Positions 28,001-37,364 of a DNA stretch of 60,622 nucleotides are shown one piece after another. Below the pieces are notes generated by a model. It had not been told where the DNA came from, searched no databases, and saw only the letters and a list, made by a program, of their open reading frames with translations. Each line of letters starts with the position of its first letter. The stretch's first letter is position 1. Origin of the DNA: a virus (taxonomy: Duplodnaviria > Caudoviricetes); IMG/VR virus record IMGVR_UViG_3300037343_000158, positions 1-60,622 of that record. One strand, written 5' to 3'. The translations under genes and the position numbers were made by a program.

Positions 28001-30884
28001 TCTAAAAGTTGGAGACACTTTCAGGATTTATCCTGCAGACACTGAAGTACCTTTGACATTCGCAGCTGCTGATGTTGACGAGGCTAACTCTAGAATTAAC
28101 AAGACTCACTTGTTTACCACGGGGGACGTTGTAAAGTTTGCCCCTAACGGAGGAGTATCTCCTAGCCCGCTAGTTGACGGATACTACTACTTTGCACGGG
28201 CTATCTCTGGTACGCAGTTGTCCTTGCACCAGTCTTTGGTAGAAGCCAACAATGATACAAACCCCGTTGACTTTAATACTCAGGGTACTGGAACTACCTT
28301 CTCGCTAATTAAGAGCACCCCTATAGGCCCTATTATCCGTAGGATTACGGCTGTCGGGTCGGACACGCAGATTACTGTGGACCGCCCATACGCAAACCCC
28401 TACACCACAATCGGGTACTCTTTCCCAACCTTTGTATATGTTCGACCTCAGGGCTACTCGCTTCACCGTCCATTTGATGGTGGCGTTGAGATGTCCGTTG
28501 GTATTGGCACATCGTTTGGTCAGATTATTCGCCAAACTCGTAAGTACTTCCGTTACCAGTCAGGTAAGGGTATTCAGACTTCCGCTGGTATCAACTTCAA
28601 GCCCTCAATTGATATTCAAAGCATGAGGCAGTTCTCCTCGCTTTTGGTGGAAGCCAAGACTCGCCGTCCACACGGGCTAAGGTCTGGGCTATTTATAACA
28701 GTAAGCCAGTCAGAAGACTCTTTCGGCGTTCCAAGCTTGCCTTACAACGGAGACGTTGAAGTTACTGTAGTTGACCAAACTACTTTCCGATTCCCTGCGC
28801 CTGCCCCAATGATAGAGCCTCGTGCATACGGATTCCCACAGTTCTTTGTTCGCGAATGGTCTAACGGTGCTGTACGCTCTGGAATGTTCGACTTCCAAAA
28901 CGGAATGTTCTACGAATACGACGGAGAAGAAATCTACTGTGTTAGACGCTCTTCGACTCAGCAGCTAGCTGGAACAGTTGCTGCTTTGCAGGGGTCGGAG
29001 CTTATCTTTGGTGAAGGAACTCAGTTCACTACTCAGGTAAAATTAGGTGATTTTATTGTTCTTCGTGGTCAGTCATACCGAATTGTTCAGGTTGAGTCTG
29101 ACACTAGGCTGGCTGTAAGGCCAGAATACAAGGGCGCTTCTGGGGCAGAGAAAGAGTTTGACCCAGCCGTTGAAGTAGATACAGCCATCAATACGTTTAA
29201 CATTATTGGTCACGGGTTTAGCGACAGGCTTCCTGTTGTATACAACTCTATTGATGGCGAGACTATCGGTGGTTTAGTAAACGGTAGAACTTACTATGTT
29301 GACTTGAATAACAACAATAGCTTTAAGCTACTTGCCCTCCCAGACTCAGCTACCAACGTGAATCTATCTACTGTGGGCACAACAAATGTGCACACTTTCG
29401 TGCCTGCTAAGTCGGGTATCGTGGTTACCAAAACTGTGGACACTAAAATTCCTCAGGCGGACTGGTCAATTGACCCTTGCGACGGTTCTGGTATTACGGG
29501 GTACAACCTAGACCTATCTCGTATCCAGATGGTCTACATTGATTACTCTTGGTACGGTGCTGGAAAAATTCGTTTTGGATTTAAAACTTCTGACGGTCAA
29601 GTGCAATACACTCACGAGTTTGTTCACAATAACAATTTGTACGAGTCCTACTTCCGCTCTGGAAACCTTCCAGCTCGTTATGAAGTAGCCACTTTTGAGA
29701 ACCCAACCTACATTCCATACCTGTTCCATTGGGGTACTTCGGTAATGATGGATGGGCGTTTCGACGATGACAACGCTTACTTGTTCACAGCCAGCAGTCA
29801 AACCTTGAATGTTCCTGGAACTACAGCAAAGTCCTTCTCGTCTTCTGGGATTAACTTGGTAACGGACCTATTTACCGTACAAAGCCACGGTTTCCGCTCT
29901 GGTGACGTTCTACAGTTCCAGTCCATTGCCGCCGACGGCTTCCCTGGCCCTAATACTCAGAACCCTGCTACTCAGGTAATTGGGTCTAACACGTTTGCAA
30001 ACCTAACAAACTCAGCTAAGTACCAAGCGTTTGTGAACTCACCTAACCTAATCCACTTAACCCCAGAAGATGCCACAATAACTGTTGGCGGGACAATTGC
30101 CCGTACAGGCAGTACCGTAACGGTTACAACCGCGCAAGCTCACAACATCCCAGCAAGCAATAACGTTGGAGTTTACTTTATTACAAACGCGGCTGGCGAG
30201 GCAATTACAAACTTGCCAGACTACTACGTGGGCGCAGTATCCGTCACGGGCGCGACGACCTTCACCTTCACAGTTGCTGGTTCGTTTACAGTTGCTTCTA
30301 CTCCTATCCCTAACGCTGCTATTGGTGAGATTTTGAATTTCACCAGTCAGGGAAACACTCAGTACACCTACTTCCTATACCCAGAGGGTTCGCTAAACAA
30401 CACTTCTGGACCAAACTACCAACCACTATTGTCGCTCCGCTTGAGCCCATCGGTGTCTGAAGGTTTGACTGGTAAGCTTGGTGACCGAGACATTATCAAC
30501 CGAATGCAATTAAGGCTTCAGGAAATTGGTGTCTCAACTGACCAGTTAGTAGACGTAAAAGTTCTACTTAACCCTCGTCTAAACAACCTTAACTTTGTTG
30601 GCGTGGACCCTCCTTCGCTAACTCAGGTCGTGGCGCACACTGCTCAGGACACTGTTTCTGGTGGAGTTCAGATTTACAACTTCCGTGCATCAGGTGCCGC
30701 AGGGGGCGAAGAGTCAACCACTACAGTAGACATCACCACACTGTTTGAGCTATCAAACTCAATCCTAGGTGGAGACTCCATCTTCCCCGACGGCCCAGAC
30801 ATCTTGACGCTTGCAGTGTCTCGGTTGACTGGCGCGTCTACCTTGACTGCTGCTAAAATATCATGGGCTGAAGCTCAAGCGTAA
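25077..30884 (+). CDS. very large virion structural protein (1935 aa)
   Basis: AAGGAGA RBS; Gly-rich domain; many HG(F/L)..G..V.Y beta repeats; RQTRKYFRYQSGKG and WYGAGKIRFG motifs. Confidence 0.82.
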   Translation: MAIDVLTAGAAGTHSFAKTTVNTDEDFIYYTNTGEDVIPAALVPGTTFTYAAGVGILTGLVDNDLLYVVTQSAKKLQFSFTSGGTPVDITDVSAGGVSFNPPVLVDGKLNIDGSTPENQAVKYYTNREPLTGLTSGETYFLKNVSISEFAGTQALYDFTSHNFTTAGLTGREGPTITQLRASYNTTWETTYLTQGAFRGYQDWTVPVSGLYNFDVRGASGFDDSGAANPGRGARVSGRISLTKGEIITIVVGQVGDGPSTGSRSGGAGGGTFVVRKQTSDPLFVAGGGTPSSATVAGRDATLTNIAGTSTNGRTSGGESGFGGASRFGYSAAGGGFFSRGEDRSFNPASGGGSYLDGLTMSINSGQGGYGGFGGGGQSDARYRFQGGGGGGYSGGGGSNSTTTGDSGGGGGSFIAATVTNPSTSTGTFNGSTTINNGQAVTNLNSFNTGEGSVEVSLVSDFTTGNELYPTAVDANAGTNKIALEPAGSAFHALVPINMDLEADVIHSPSPHTLTTGEAITLNFTGTPAAGLANDGIYYVEVVNAYTYRLSSTPSPSFTTINLTQPSGQSVGGSSQLSRVVVNTATNTLTISNHGFLVDQPLQYSKGDETDTAIGGLQDGLTYYIAEVINANQVKLKNAFNSPTTINFTGPGTGTGHSFIFLTVNILEDTLYIPNHGLVDNQRVIYTSNSNDAVTGLVEGQTYFIRVVDASIIKLAITANLNSAFANITAAGVGTHSLILTSIDFANDTISIPSHGFLGGELVNYDSKSQTVITGLTTNTPYYVIEVDGDNLKLATTPENAITGNAVDLLASPAAVGRHTLQSLTNTPDGIYDVNSVPSPTTFTAIAKGSVPVIEKLFNPRAAINLTLDTILLPSHGFSTGTKVNYSQGASATDIEGLVDTTDYFIVTVNRDNVRLASSAEFAASGVTVPITGYGTGIAHTLTTSQINGNLTGAGSVTVAQGSVLVNGQGTSFAKILKVGDTFRIYPADTEVPLTFAAADVDEANSRINKTHLFTTGDVVKFAPNGGVSPSPLVDGYYYFARAISGTQLSLHQSLVEANNDTNPVDFNTQGTGTTFSLIKSTPIGPIIRRITAVGSDTQITVDRPYANPYTTIGYSFPTFVYVRPQGYSLHRPFDGGVEMSVGIGTSFGQIIRQTRKYFRYQSGKGIQTSAGINFKPSIDIQSMRQFSSLLVEAKTRRPHGLRSGLFITVSQSEDSFGVPSLPYNGDVEVTVVDQTTFRFPAPAPMIEPRAYGFPQFFVREWSNGAVRSGMFDFQNGMFYEYDGEEIYCVRRSSTQQLAGTVAALQGSELIFGEGTQFTTQVKLGDFIVLRGQSYRIVQVESDTRLAVRPEYKGASGAEKEFDPAVEVDTAINTFNIIGHGFSDRLPVVYNSIDGETIGGLVNGRTYYVDLNNNNSFKLLALPDSATNVNLSTVGTTNVHTFVPAKSGIVVTKTVDTKIPQADWSIDPCDGSGITGYNLDLSRIQMVYIDYSWYGAGKIRFGFKTSDGQVQYTHEFVHNNNLYESYFRSGNLPARYEVATFENPTYIPYLFHWGTSVMMDGRFDDDNAYLFTASSQTLNVPGTTAKSFSSSGINLVTDLFTVQSHGFRSGDVLQFQSIAADGFPGPNTQNPATQVIGSNTFANLTNSAKYQAFVNSPNLIHLTPEDATITVGGTIARTGSTVTVTTAQAHNIPASNNVGVYFITNAAGEAITNLPDYYVGAVSVTGATTFTFTVAGSFTVASTPIPNAAIGEILNFTSQGNTQYTYFLYPEGSLNNTSGPNYQPLLSLRLSPSVSEGLTGKLGDRDIINRMQLRLQEIGVSTDQLVDVKVLLNPRLNNLNFVGVDPPSLTQVVAHTAQDTVSGGVQIYNFRASGAAGGEESTTTVDITTLFELSNSILGGDSIFPDGPDILTLAVSRLTGASTLTAAKISWAEAQA

Positions 30885-30894
30885 GGGACTGAAA

Positions 30895-32655
30895 ATGTCG
30901 ATACAAAGACTTGGAATTTTAAATCCTCCAGCAAACGATGTCACTCCCTTGGCAACGTTCAGTTCGGCTCACCTTGTGTCAGTGATTGTTGCGAATAAAG
31001 CAGTCACAGCCACGCCTCTTACAAAAGTAAACATTTATGTCGTACCTTCGGGAGCCACCATTGAGGCGCAGTACTCTTACGTCGCTTTTGGATTAGAGCT
31101 CTCGCTAGGAAGTTCCTTTGAGACATTCAGGTTTGCTGTTAATCCAGGCGATGTAATTTTTGTCAGGTCTACGGTAAGCACTACGTCATTTACCTGTGTA
31201 GGAATTACTCAGGATGACGCGGCGCAGCCCGCAGCGCTTTCGCAGGTGTTTACAAACAAAGTAATTAGAGGAATCTCTAACACTCTTTACCTAGATAAAG
31301 GCCAGACTGCTGACCGTCGCCTTGATGCTGAAGAAGGCTACGTTAGGTATAACGGAGACCTAAACGCGGGCGCAGGCGCTCTAGAGCTCCTAACCAGCGC
31401 TGGCTGGGAGCCAGTCGGACTGGGAGAAGCCTTAGAAGGCCCTGAAGGACCTACAGGTCCCACAGGACCCTCAGGCGGTCCTACAGGTGCAACGGGTCCT
31501 TTAGGTTTTACAGGCCCAGCAGGCCCTCAAGCAATTGCAATAAATCTTTTAGGAACAGTTGCTGATTTTGCTTCCCTTCCTTCAACTGGTCAAACTTTTT
31601 CAGATACATACCTAGTTTCAGATGACGATAATTTGTATTTTTGGGACAATGAAGCTTGGGTCAGCTTAGGACCAATTGTCGGACCGACTGGTGCACAAGG
31701 GGTACAAGGCGCAACTGGGCCTTCAGGTGAAGATGGCACTACAGGCGCTCAAGGAGCGCTTGGCCCCGTGGGGCCAGTAATACGTTTGTTAGAAGCTGTG
31801 GCAACTTTAGCCGACATCCCGCTAGAAGAGGCATTAGAGGACAATGACGCTCTATACATAGAAGACGAGTCTGCACTGTACGTTTACAGCACTAACTCTG
31901 GTCTTGTAAATGTTGGCGCAGTTTTTGGTCCTACTGGTCCAATTGGGCCTACAGGGCCTGAAGGGCCTACAGGGCCTACTGGTCCACAGGGGATAATTGG
32001 GCCAACAGGGGCTGGCTCGACAGTTGAGGGTCCACTAGGCCCCACGGGTGGCGCGGGTATTGCAGGTCCAACAGGAGCAGAGGGCCCTCAAGGGACATCT
32101 CTTGTTGTTGTGGGGTCAGTAGCAACTGTTGGAGATTTGCCAGCTAGTGCCTTGACAAGCGAGGCTTACGTTGTAAATGCAACAGGAGAGCTTTACGTTT
32201 GGGATGGCTCCGCTTGGAACGCTCTTGGGCTAGTGCAAGGACCAACGGGACCAACAGGCTCTGTGGGCTTGACTGGCGCGGCTGGCGACGTAACTGTTAG
32301 CACAACCACAGACGTATCTACGTTTGTGTCGCTGTATGAGAATGCCAATGGAGACCAAGAAGGCAAGACTAATGTTGGCATTGTCTATAACGCTTCAGAA
32401 GAGAAGTTGACAGTCACCAACATACAGTCCGAGTCTCTCGTGAGTGCAACCGACCTTTTGCTCAGTGCTCCTCAAGGAATTAAAGCGTTATCTCCGTTCA
32501 AGCTCGCGAACTACACCAAAGCTCAATTGCTTGCGCTCTCTTCGGTACAAGCTGGGTCAATGGCCTTTTGCACCGATGAAGTTGGCGGAGCAGTTCCTGT
32601 ATTCTACGATGGAGCTGACTGGAGACGAGTAACTGACCGAGAGGTAGTACTGTAA
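30895..32655 (+). CDS. collagen-like fibre protein
   Basis: N-terminal domain with GSSFETFR; Gly-X-Y runs with knobs; C-terminal [13 protein letters not shown]. Confidence 0.82.
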   Translation: MSIQRLGILNPPANDVTPLATFSSAHLVSVIVANKAVTATPLTKVNIYVVPSGATIEAQYSYVAFGLELSLGSSFETFRFAVNPGDVIFVRSTVSTTSFTCVGITQDDAAQPAALSQVFTNKVIRGISNTLYLDKGQTADRRLDAEEGYVRYNGDLNAGAGALELLTSAGWEPVGLGEALEGPEGPTGPTGPSGGPTGATGPLGFTGPAGPQAIAINLLGTVADFASLPSTGQTFSDTYLVSDDDNLYFWDNEAWVSLGPIVGPTGAQGVQGATGPSGEDGTTGAQGALGPVGPVIRLLEAVATLADIPLEEALEDNDALYIEDESALYVYSTNSGLVNVGAVFGPTGPIGPTGPEGPTGPTGPQGIIGPTGAGSTVEGPLGPTGGAGIAGPTGAEGPQGTSLVVVGSVATVGDLPASALTSEAYVVNATGELYVWDGSAWNALGLVQGPTGPTGSVGLTGAAGDVTVSTTTDVSTFVSLYENANGDQEGKTNVGIVYNASEEKLTVTNIQSESLVSATDLLLSAPQGIKALSPFKLANYTKAQLLALSSVQAGSMAFCTDEVGGAVPVFYDGADWRRVTDREVVL

Positions 32656-32698
32656 TGTTGAACTTGACGTCGATTGCAACAGACTTGGAGATGGTGAA

Positions 32699-34390
32699 TT
32701 GCCTGTAAAAAGATTAGGGTCCTTGACTCCTGCCGCTTTCAACGGAACAGACTACGCTCTTTTAGCCACTTCTGACGTTACTTGCGTGGCCTCAGTGATT
32801 GCCGTAAACAAAGGCGCAATCCCTGCGCTAGTAACCATAGCAGTAGAGCCTTTTGATACTCCTGGAAGTTTTTTCTCTTGGAGCCACATTGTTAAAGACC
32901 TAGAGATTGGCGTGGGCCAGTCTTTTGAGACTTTTAGGGTTGCTCTCACTGTTGGCGACAAGATTTACATCTCGGCTGACACAGCTGACATAAACTTCAA
33001 CGTTACCGCCGCTTACGAGCAAGCTGGAAGAACTAACGTTCTGTATCAGCCCAACCAACCTGGATTCCCCTCCGTGGGAGACATCTGGATTGACAGCGAT
33101 GACGATGACTCAATCAAACTTTTTAACGGCGCTGCGTTTAACACTATAGCTACCGCTGCACCTATAGGCCCTACTGGCCCAGCGGGAGCTGCGGGAGTCG
33201 CTGGCATAGCGGGAGCAACTGGCCCAGCGGGCTCAGGAGTTAGCGTTTTAGGAGCTTATGAAACAGAAGAAGCTCTTGTTACTGACAACCTTGTTGGAAA
33301 TACTGGAGACGCGTACATAGTAGGTCAGGATATATATTTTTGGTCAACACTGAACGAAGCGTGGACCAACGGCGGACCTTTTTTGGGTTCAACTGGGCCT
33401 GAAGGACCGATTGGCCTTATTGGTGCTTTTGGTCCAACAGGTGCTACTGGACCGACTGGGCCAGTATCAGATGTCCTTGGCCCAATGGGTGCTACAGGAC
33501 CGATTGGTATTGAAGGGCCCACTGGGCCAACTGGAGTAACTGGACCTTCAGGTGGCCCAACTGGCGCTACAGGAGCCGACTCAACTGTGGTTGGACCAAC
33601 TGGACCTGCGGGCACTGACGGCGATGATGGCCTAGACGGTGCCGACGGTGCAACTGGTGCTGCGGGAGTCACGGGCCCGACAGGTGCAACTGGTGCCGCT
33701 GGCGCAGCTTCCACGGTCACTGGACCGACGGGTGCCAGCGGCGGAATTACTTACACAATCACAAACTCTGGGGCTAGCGCATACAACATAAATGGCGCTG
33801 CCAACCCAACTCTTTCCGTAATCCGTGGCCACAGGTACATTTTAAACGTGAACGCTTCTGGCCATCCCTTTTGGATTCAGACAGTTTCTGGAGCCTACAG
33901 CTCTGGCAACGTCTACTCAGGGGGCGTTACAAACGGTGGCGCTGCGGTAGGAACAATTATCTGGGAAGTCCCCTTTGATGCTCCTGATAATCTTTACTAC
34001 GTTTGCCAGAATCACAGCTCAATGGCTGGTTCTATAACAGTATCCAATTTGGGGCCTGCTGGCGCTGACGGCGATGATGGAGCCGATGGCACCTTTAGCT
34101 CAACTCAGACCATTGAAACAGTTGCATCAAGCAGGGCTTTGGCCTCGGGGGATGCTGGGAAGTTAATTTTAAACTCGGCTGCAGTTACAGTCACAGTTCA
34201 AGGACTCTCTGTAGGGCAGCAGGTTGATTTTCTCCAGAACGTTGCAGGCCAAATTACTTTTGTAGCTGCTGGAGGGAGCACACTAAACTCAAAAGATGGA
34301 AACTTAAAAACCGCTGCTCAATACTCGCCAGCTGGCATAAAGTGTGTCGCCACTAACACTTACGTGCTAATCGGTGATTTGGGGACCTAA
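32699..34390 (+). CDS. collagen-like fibre protein (paralog of 30895..32655)
   Basis: GQSFETFR N-terminal domain; Gly-X-Y; cupredoxin-like motif HPFWI...[13 protein letters not shown]; C-terminal VLIGDL domain. Confidence 0.8.
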   Translation: MPVKRLGSLTPAAFNGTDYALLATSDVTCVASVIAVNKGAIPALVTIAVEPFDTPGSFFSWSHIVKDLEIGVGQSFETFRVALTVGDKIYISADTADINFNVTAAYEQAGRTNVLYQPNQPGFPSVGDIWIDSDDDDSIKLFNGAAFNTIATAAPIGPTGPAGAAGVAGIAGATGPAGSGVSVLGAYETEEALVTDNLVGNTGDAYIVGQDIYFWSTLNEAWTNGGPFLGSTGPEGPIGLIGAFGPTGATGPTGPVSDVLGPMGATGPIGIEGPTGPTGVTGPSGGPTGATGADSTVVGPTGPAGTDGDDGLDGADGATGAAGVTGPTGATGAAGAASTVTGPTGASGGITYTITNSGASAYNINGAANPTLSVIRGHRYILNVNASGHPFWIQTVSGAYSSGNVYSGGVTNGGAAVGTIIWEVPFDAPDNLYYVCQNHSSMAGSITVSNLGPAGADGDDGADGTFSSTQTIETVASSRALASGDAGKLILNSAAVTVTVQGLSVGQQVDFLQNVAGQITFVAAGGSTLNSKDGNLKTAAQYSPAGIKCVATNTYVLIGDLGT

Positions 34391-34392
34391 GC

Positions 34393-35301
34393 ATGGCACT
34401 GAGCCTAGGGTTTTACGGAGCTGCTGGTAGCCTGCCCCCCGTAGTAGAGGGTGGAACTGTTACTGATTCTGGTCAGTATAGGTATCACACCTTTTTAAGT
34501 TCAGGAACTTTTATGAACCCATTTGATGACTTGGTTGTCCAGCTATCGACAATCTCTGGAGGTGGAAGTGCCTCAACTAGCTATCATGGCGGGGGAGGTG
34601 GCGGAGCTGGCGGGTTCAGTGAGACAAATCCCACTCTCGCAAAGGGCGACTACATTGTTGCTATTGGAGCTGGCGGAGCTACTACTACATCTACCAACGC
34701 AACTGCAACCAAAGGCAACGCAACCACAGTTTCCATTCTAAATACCAACATTCCTGGCGGAGGCGGAGGTGTTACAAATTTCACTAATACCTCGGTGTCT
34801 GACGGAAGCTCGGGTGGAGGAACTTGCAACGTTGGCAGTAATCCAGGTTACAAAGGGCTAGGCATAGCTGGCCTTGGGAGAGATGGCGGAAGCTCCTTCC
34901 AATCAAATACCCAAACTCCCCACGCTGGGGGCGGCGGTGGCGGATTTTCTGCAGTCGGACAAGATGCACAAAGCCCAAACTATGGTGGAGTTGGAGGCGC
35001 TGGGGTGTCTAAAAGCACCCTAGCAAGCGCGACAGCGACTGGCGATGGCGGGTTCTACTGCGGCGGTGGTGCTGGAGGCATAGATGGGCAGGCAGTGGGG
35101 GCTGGCACTTCTGATGCAATACAGGGCGGTACTGGTGGCGGCGGTAATAGCGGGGTTTACTTTGGTTCAAATGACGGTCAAGCAGGACTTGTAAATACTG
35201 GTGGTGGCGGGGGGGCTCCAAACTCAAAAGGCTCTGGATACGGTGGCGCTGGTGGCTCGGGTCTAGTGATATTTAGATACTTAATAAGTGCGGTGGAGTG
35301 A
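34393..35301 (+). CDS. glycine-rich tail/adhesin protein
   Basis: YHTFLSSGTF, GGGGGAGG, NTGGGGG, GGSGLVIFRY. Confidence 0.8.
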   Translation: MALSLGFYGAAGSLPPVVEGGTVTDSGQYRYHTFLSSGTFMNPFDDLVVQLSTISGGGSASTSYHGGGGGGAGGFSETNPTLAKGDYIVAIGAGGATTTSTNATATKGNATTVSILNTNIPGGGGGVTNFTNTSVSDGSSGGGTCNVGSNPGYKGLGIAGLGRDGGSSFQSNTQTPHAGGGGGGFSAVGQDAQSPNYGGVGGAGVSKSTLASATATGDGGFYCGGGAGGIDGQAVGAGTSDAIQGGTGGGGNSGVYFGSNDGQAGLVNTGGGGGAPNSKGSGYGGAGGSGLVIFRYLISAVE

Positions 35302-35630
35302 TGGCGCACTTTGCAGAATTAGATGAAAACAGTATTGTTATTAGAGTTTTAGTTACAGATAACGACGCCCAAAATGAGGGGCTTGACTGGCTTATCAAAA
35401 GCTTTGGTGGCACATGGATGCAGACCAGCTACAACGCAACAATACGGAAAAACTTTGCTGGCATAGGATTTAGCTACAATTCAGAACTAGACGCATTCAT
35501 ACCCCCCAAGCCTCACGAGTCATGGGTAGATAATGGGCACTTTGGGTGGGAGGCACCAGCCCCATACCCACAAGACGGTAACGGCTACTACTGGGATGAG
35601 CCAAGTGCGTCTTGGACAGAAGCACCATAG
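35298..35630 (+). CDS. conserved phage tail-associated protein
   Basis: MAHFAELDEN.IVIRV, WMQTSYN..IRKNFAGIG, DAFIPPKP. Confidence 0.75.
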   Translation: MMAHFAELDENSIVIRVLVTDNDAQNEGLDWLIKSFGGTWMQTSYNATIRKNFAGIGFSYNSELDAFIPPKPHESWVDNGHFGWEAPAPYPQDGNGYYWDEPSASWTEAP

Positions 35631-35688
35631 ACTTTTAGTAACTTTCCTAAGAGACGCCCTCTAAATACTTATGTAGTATGCTGAGCGC

Positions 35689-36267
35689 ATGAGCAATCTA
35701 CCCAACTGGTTTGCAAACGACGGGCAACCAAACTTTGTGGATTACGTCTACCCCGAGTTTAGAGGGCGCTCAGCGCGATTCCTCCAGATAGGTTCTTACA
35801 CGGGAGACGCCAGTACTTGGCTCTACGAGAATCTCCTAAAAGATACAGACTCTGTTCTTGTTGACGTTGACACTTGGGAAGGGTCAGACGAAAAAGTACA
35901 TCACCAAATGAACTGGGCAACAGTCGAGACTGTTTATGACGCAAAGACCCTAGCTGGACGCAATCAAAGAAAAATTTTAAAGTACAAAGGCACAAGCGAC
36001 TCTTTCTTTAAAAACAATCGCGAACTGTATGACTTTATCTATGTTGACGGCGACCACACAGCCTACGGAGTTATGAAAGACGCTACCGCTGCGTACGAGT
36101 GCCTGAAGGTGGGAGGCGTCCTCGCCTTTGACGACTACAGCTGGTCTGGGGCCGATGATTTGGCTGACCGCCCTCAAATGGCGATTGATGCTTTCATGCA
36201 GATTTATAGAAAAAGAGTTACGCTAATTCATAGGGGTTATCAACTCTGGGTTAAGAAGCTAGGATAG
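35689..36267 (+). CDS. class I SAM-dependent methyltransferase (Methyltransf_24-like)
   Basis: QIGSYTGDAS, VDTW, YDFIYVDGDH, LKVGGVLAFDDY; -10 TATGCT 6 nt before ATG. Confidence 0.88.
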   Translation: MSNLPNWFANDGQPNFVDYVYPEFRGRSARFLQIGSYTGDASTWLYENLLKDTDSVLVDVDTWEGSDEKVHHQMNWATVETVYDAKTLAGRNQRKILKYKGTSDSFFKNNRELYDFIYVDGDHTAYGVMKDATAAYECLKVGGVLAFDDYSWSGADDLADRPQMAIDAFMQIYRKRVTLIHRGYQLWVKKLG

Positions 36268-36299
36268 GCAGTAAGAACTAAAGTGAAAGAGAGACGTAT

Positions 36300-37364
36300 A
36301 TGAAATCAGCAATTTACACAATCGCCCTCAACGAACGTCAGTTCGTGGACAAGTGGTACGAGTCGGTAAAAGACGCTGACTATCTTTTAATTGCAGACAC
36401 TGGCTCTACTGATGGCACGATACAACGCGCCCGTGAGCTTGGCATAAACGTCATTGAGATTAAAGTTACGCCTTGGAGATTTGATGATGCACGCAACGCC
36501 GCGTTAGCCGCACTTCCAGAAGATATTGACATGTGTGTTTCTCTAGACATGGACGAAGTAATCACTCCAGGCTGGAAAGAAGTTTTGACCGAAGCTTGGG
36601 AGCGCGGTGTAACTCGACCTCGCTACAAGCACATTTGGTCTTGGAACGAAGACGGCACTCCTGGACTTGAGTTTAGCTATGACCACATCCACGGTCGCAA
36701 GGGATTCCGCTGGCGTCACCCCGTCCACGAGTGCCTGTATTCTTACGGAATCGAAGAGAAGCAGGAATGGCTCGGCGGAATTGAGACACATCACCACCCA
36801 GACCCAACTAAGAGTCGCGCTCAGTACTTGCCGCTTCTTTCAATGTCTGTAACAGAAGACCCGCACAATGACCGAAATGCTTTCTATTATGGCCGTGAGC
36901 TCTACTTCTATGGTCGGTACCTAGAAGCTGCGGAAGAGCTAAAGCGACACTTAGCGTTGCCTACAGCAGGCTGGGCACCAGAACGAGCCGCGTCGATGCG
37001 GTTTATCGGTAAGTCTCTACCTGCAGAAGCCGAAATCTGGTTCCGCAAGGCCATAGAGCAGGCTCCAGGACGCCGTGAGCCCTACGTAGACCTAGCAAAG
37101 TTGTATTACGAGCGTCAGGACTGGGAGAAGTGCTTAGAGGCTTCAGAGGCTGCCCTAGCTATCAAAGAGAAGCCTTTAGAGTATCTCTGTGAGGCCGAGG
37201 CTTGGGGGTTTGCTCCGCATGATTACGCATCTATTTCGCTGTATTGGTTGGCAGAGTTTGAAAAGGCCGTGGAGCACGCTAAGAGCGCTGTAGAGCTTGA
37301 GCCTCTTGATGCGAGGCTGCAGAAAAATTTAGTAGTGTGTGAAGCAGCCTTAGCTACAAACTAG
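36300..37364 (+). CDS. glycosyltransferase family 2 with TPR repeats
   Basis: IALNE, DTGSTDGT, FDDARNAAL, LDMDE (DxD), PVHE, C-terminal TPR-like helices. Confidence 0.9.
   Translation: MKSAIYTIALNERQFVDKWYESVKDADYLLIADTGSTDGTIQRARELGINVIEIKVTPWRFDDARNAALAALPEDIDMCVSLDMDEVITPGWKEVLTEAWERGVTRPRYKHIWSWNEDGTPGLEFSYDHIHGRKGFRWRHPVHECLYSYGIEEKQEWLGGIETHHHPDPTKSRAQYLPLLSMSVTEDPHNDRNAFYYGRELYFYGRYLEAAEELKRHLALPTAGWAPERAASMRFIGKSLPAEAEIWFRKAIEQAPGRREPYVDLAKLYYERQDWEKCLEASEAALAIKEKPLEYLCEAEAWGFAPHDYASISLYWLAEFEKAVEHAKSAVELEPLDARLQKNLVVCEAALATN

Noticed and set aside
13496-33832. Many antisense or alternate-frame ORFs with PVGPVAP repeats
   Set aside because: Shadows of Gly-X-Y codon periodicity on the coding strand
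13215-35301. Diversity-generating retroelement or invertible fibre-tip shufflon
   Set aside because: No reverse transcriptase, no adenine-specific TR/VR pair and no inverted cassettes seen; the repeats found are perfect and short
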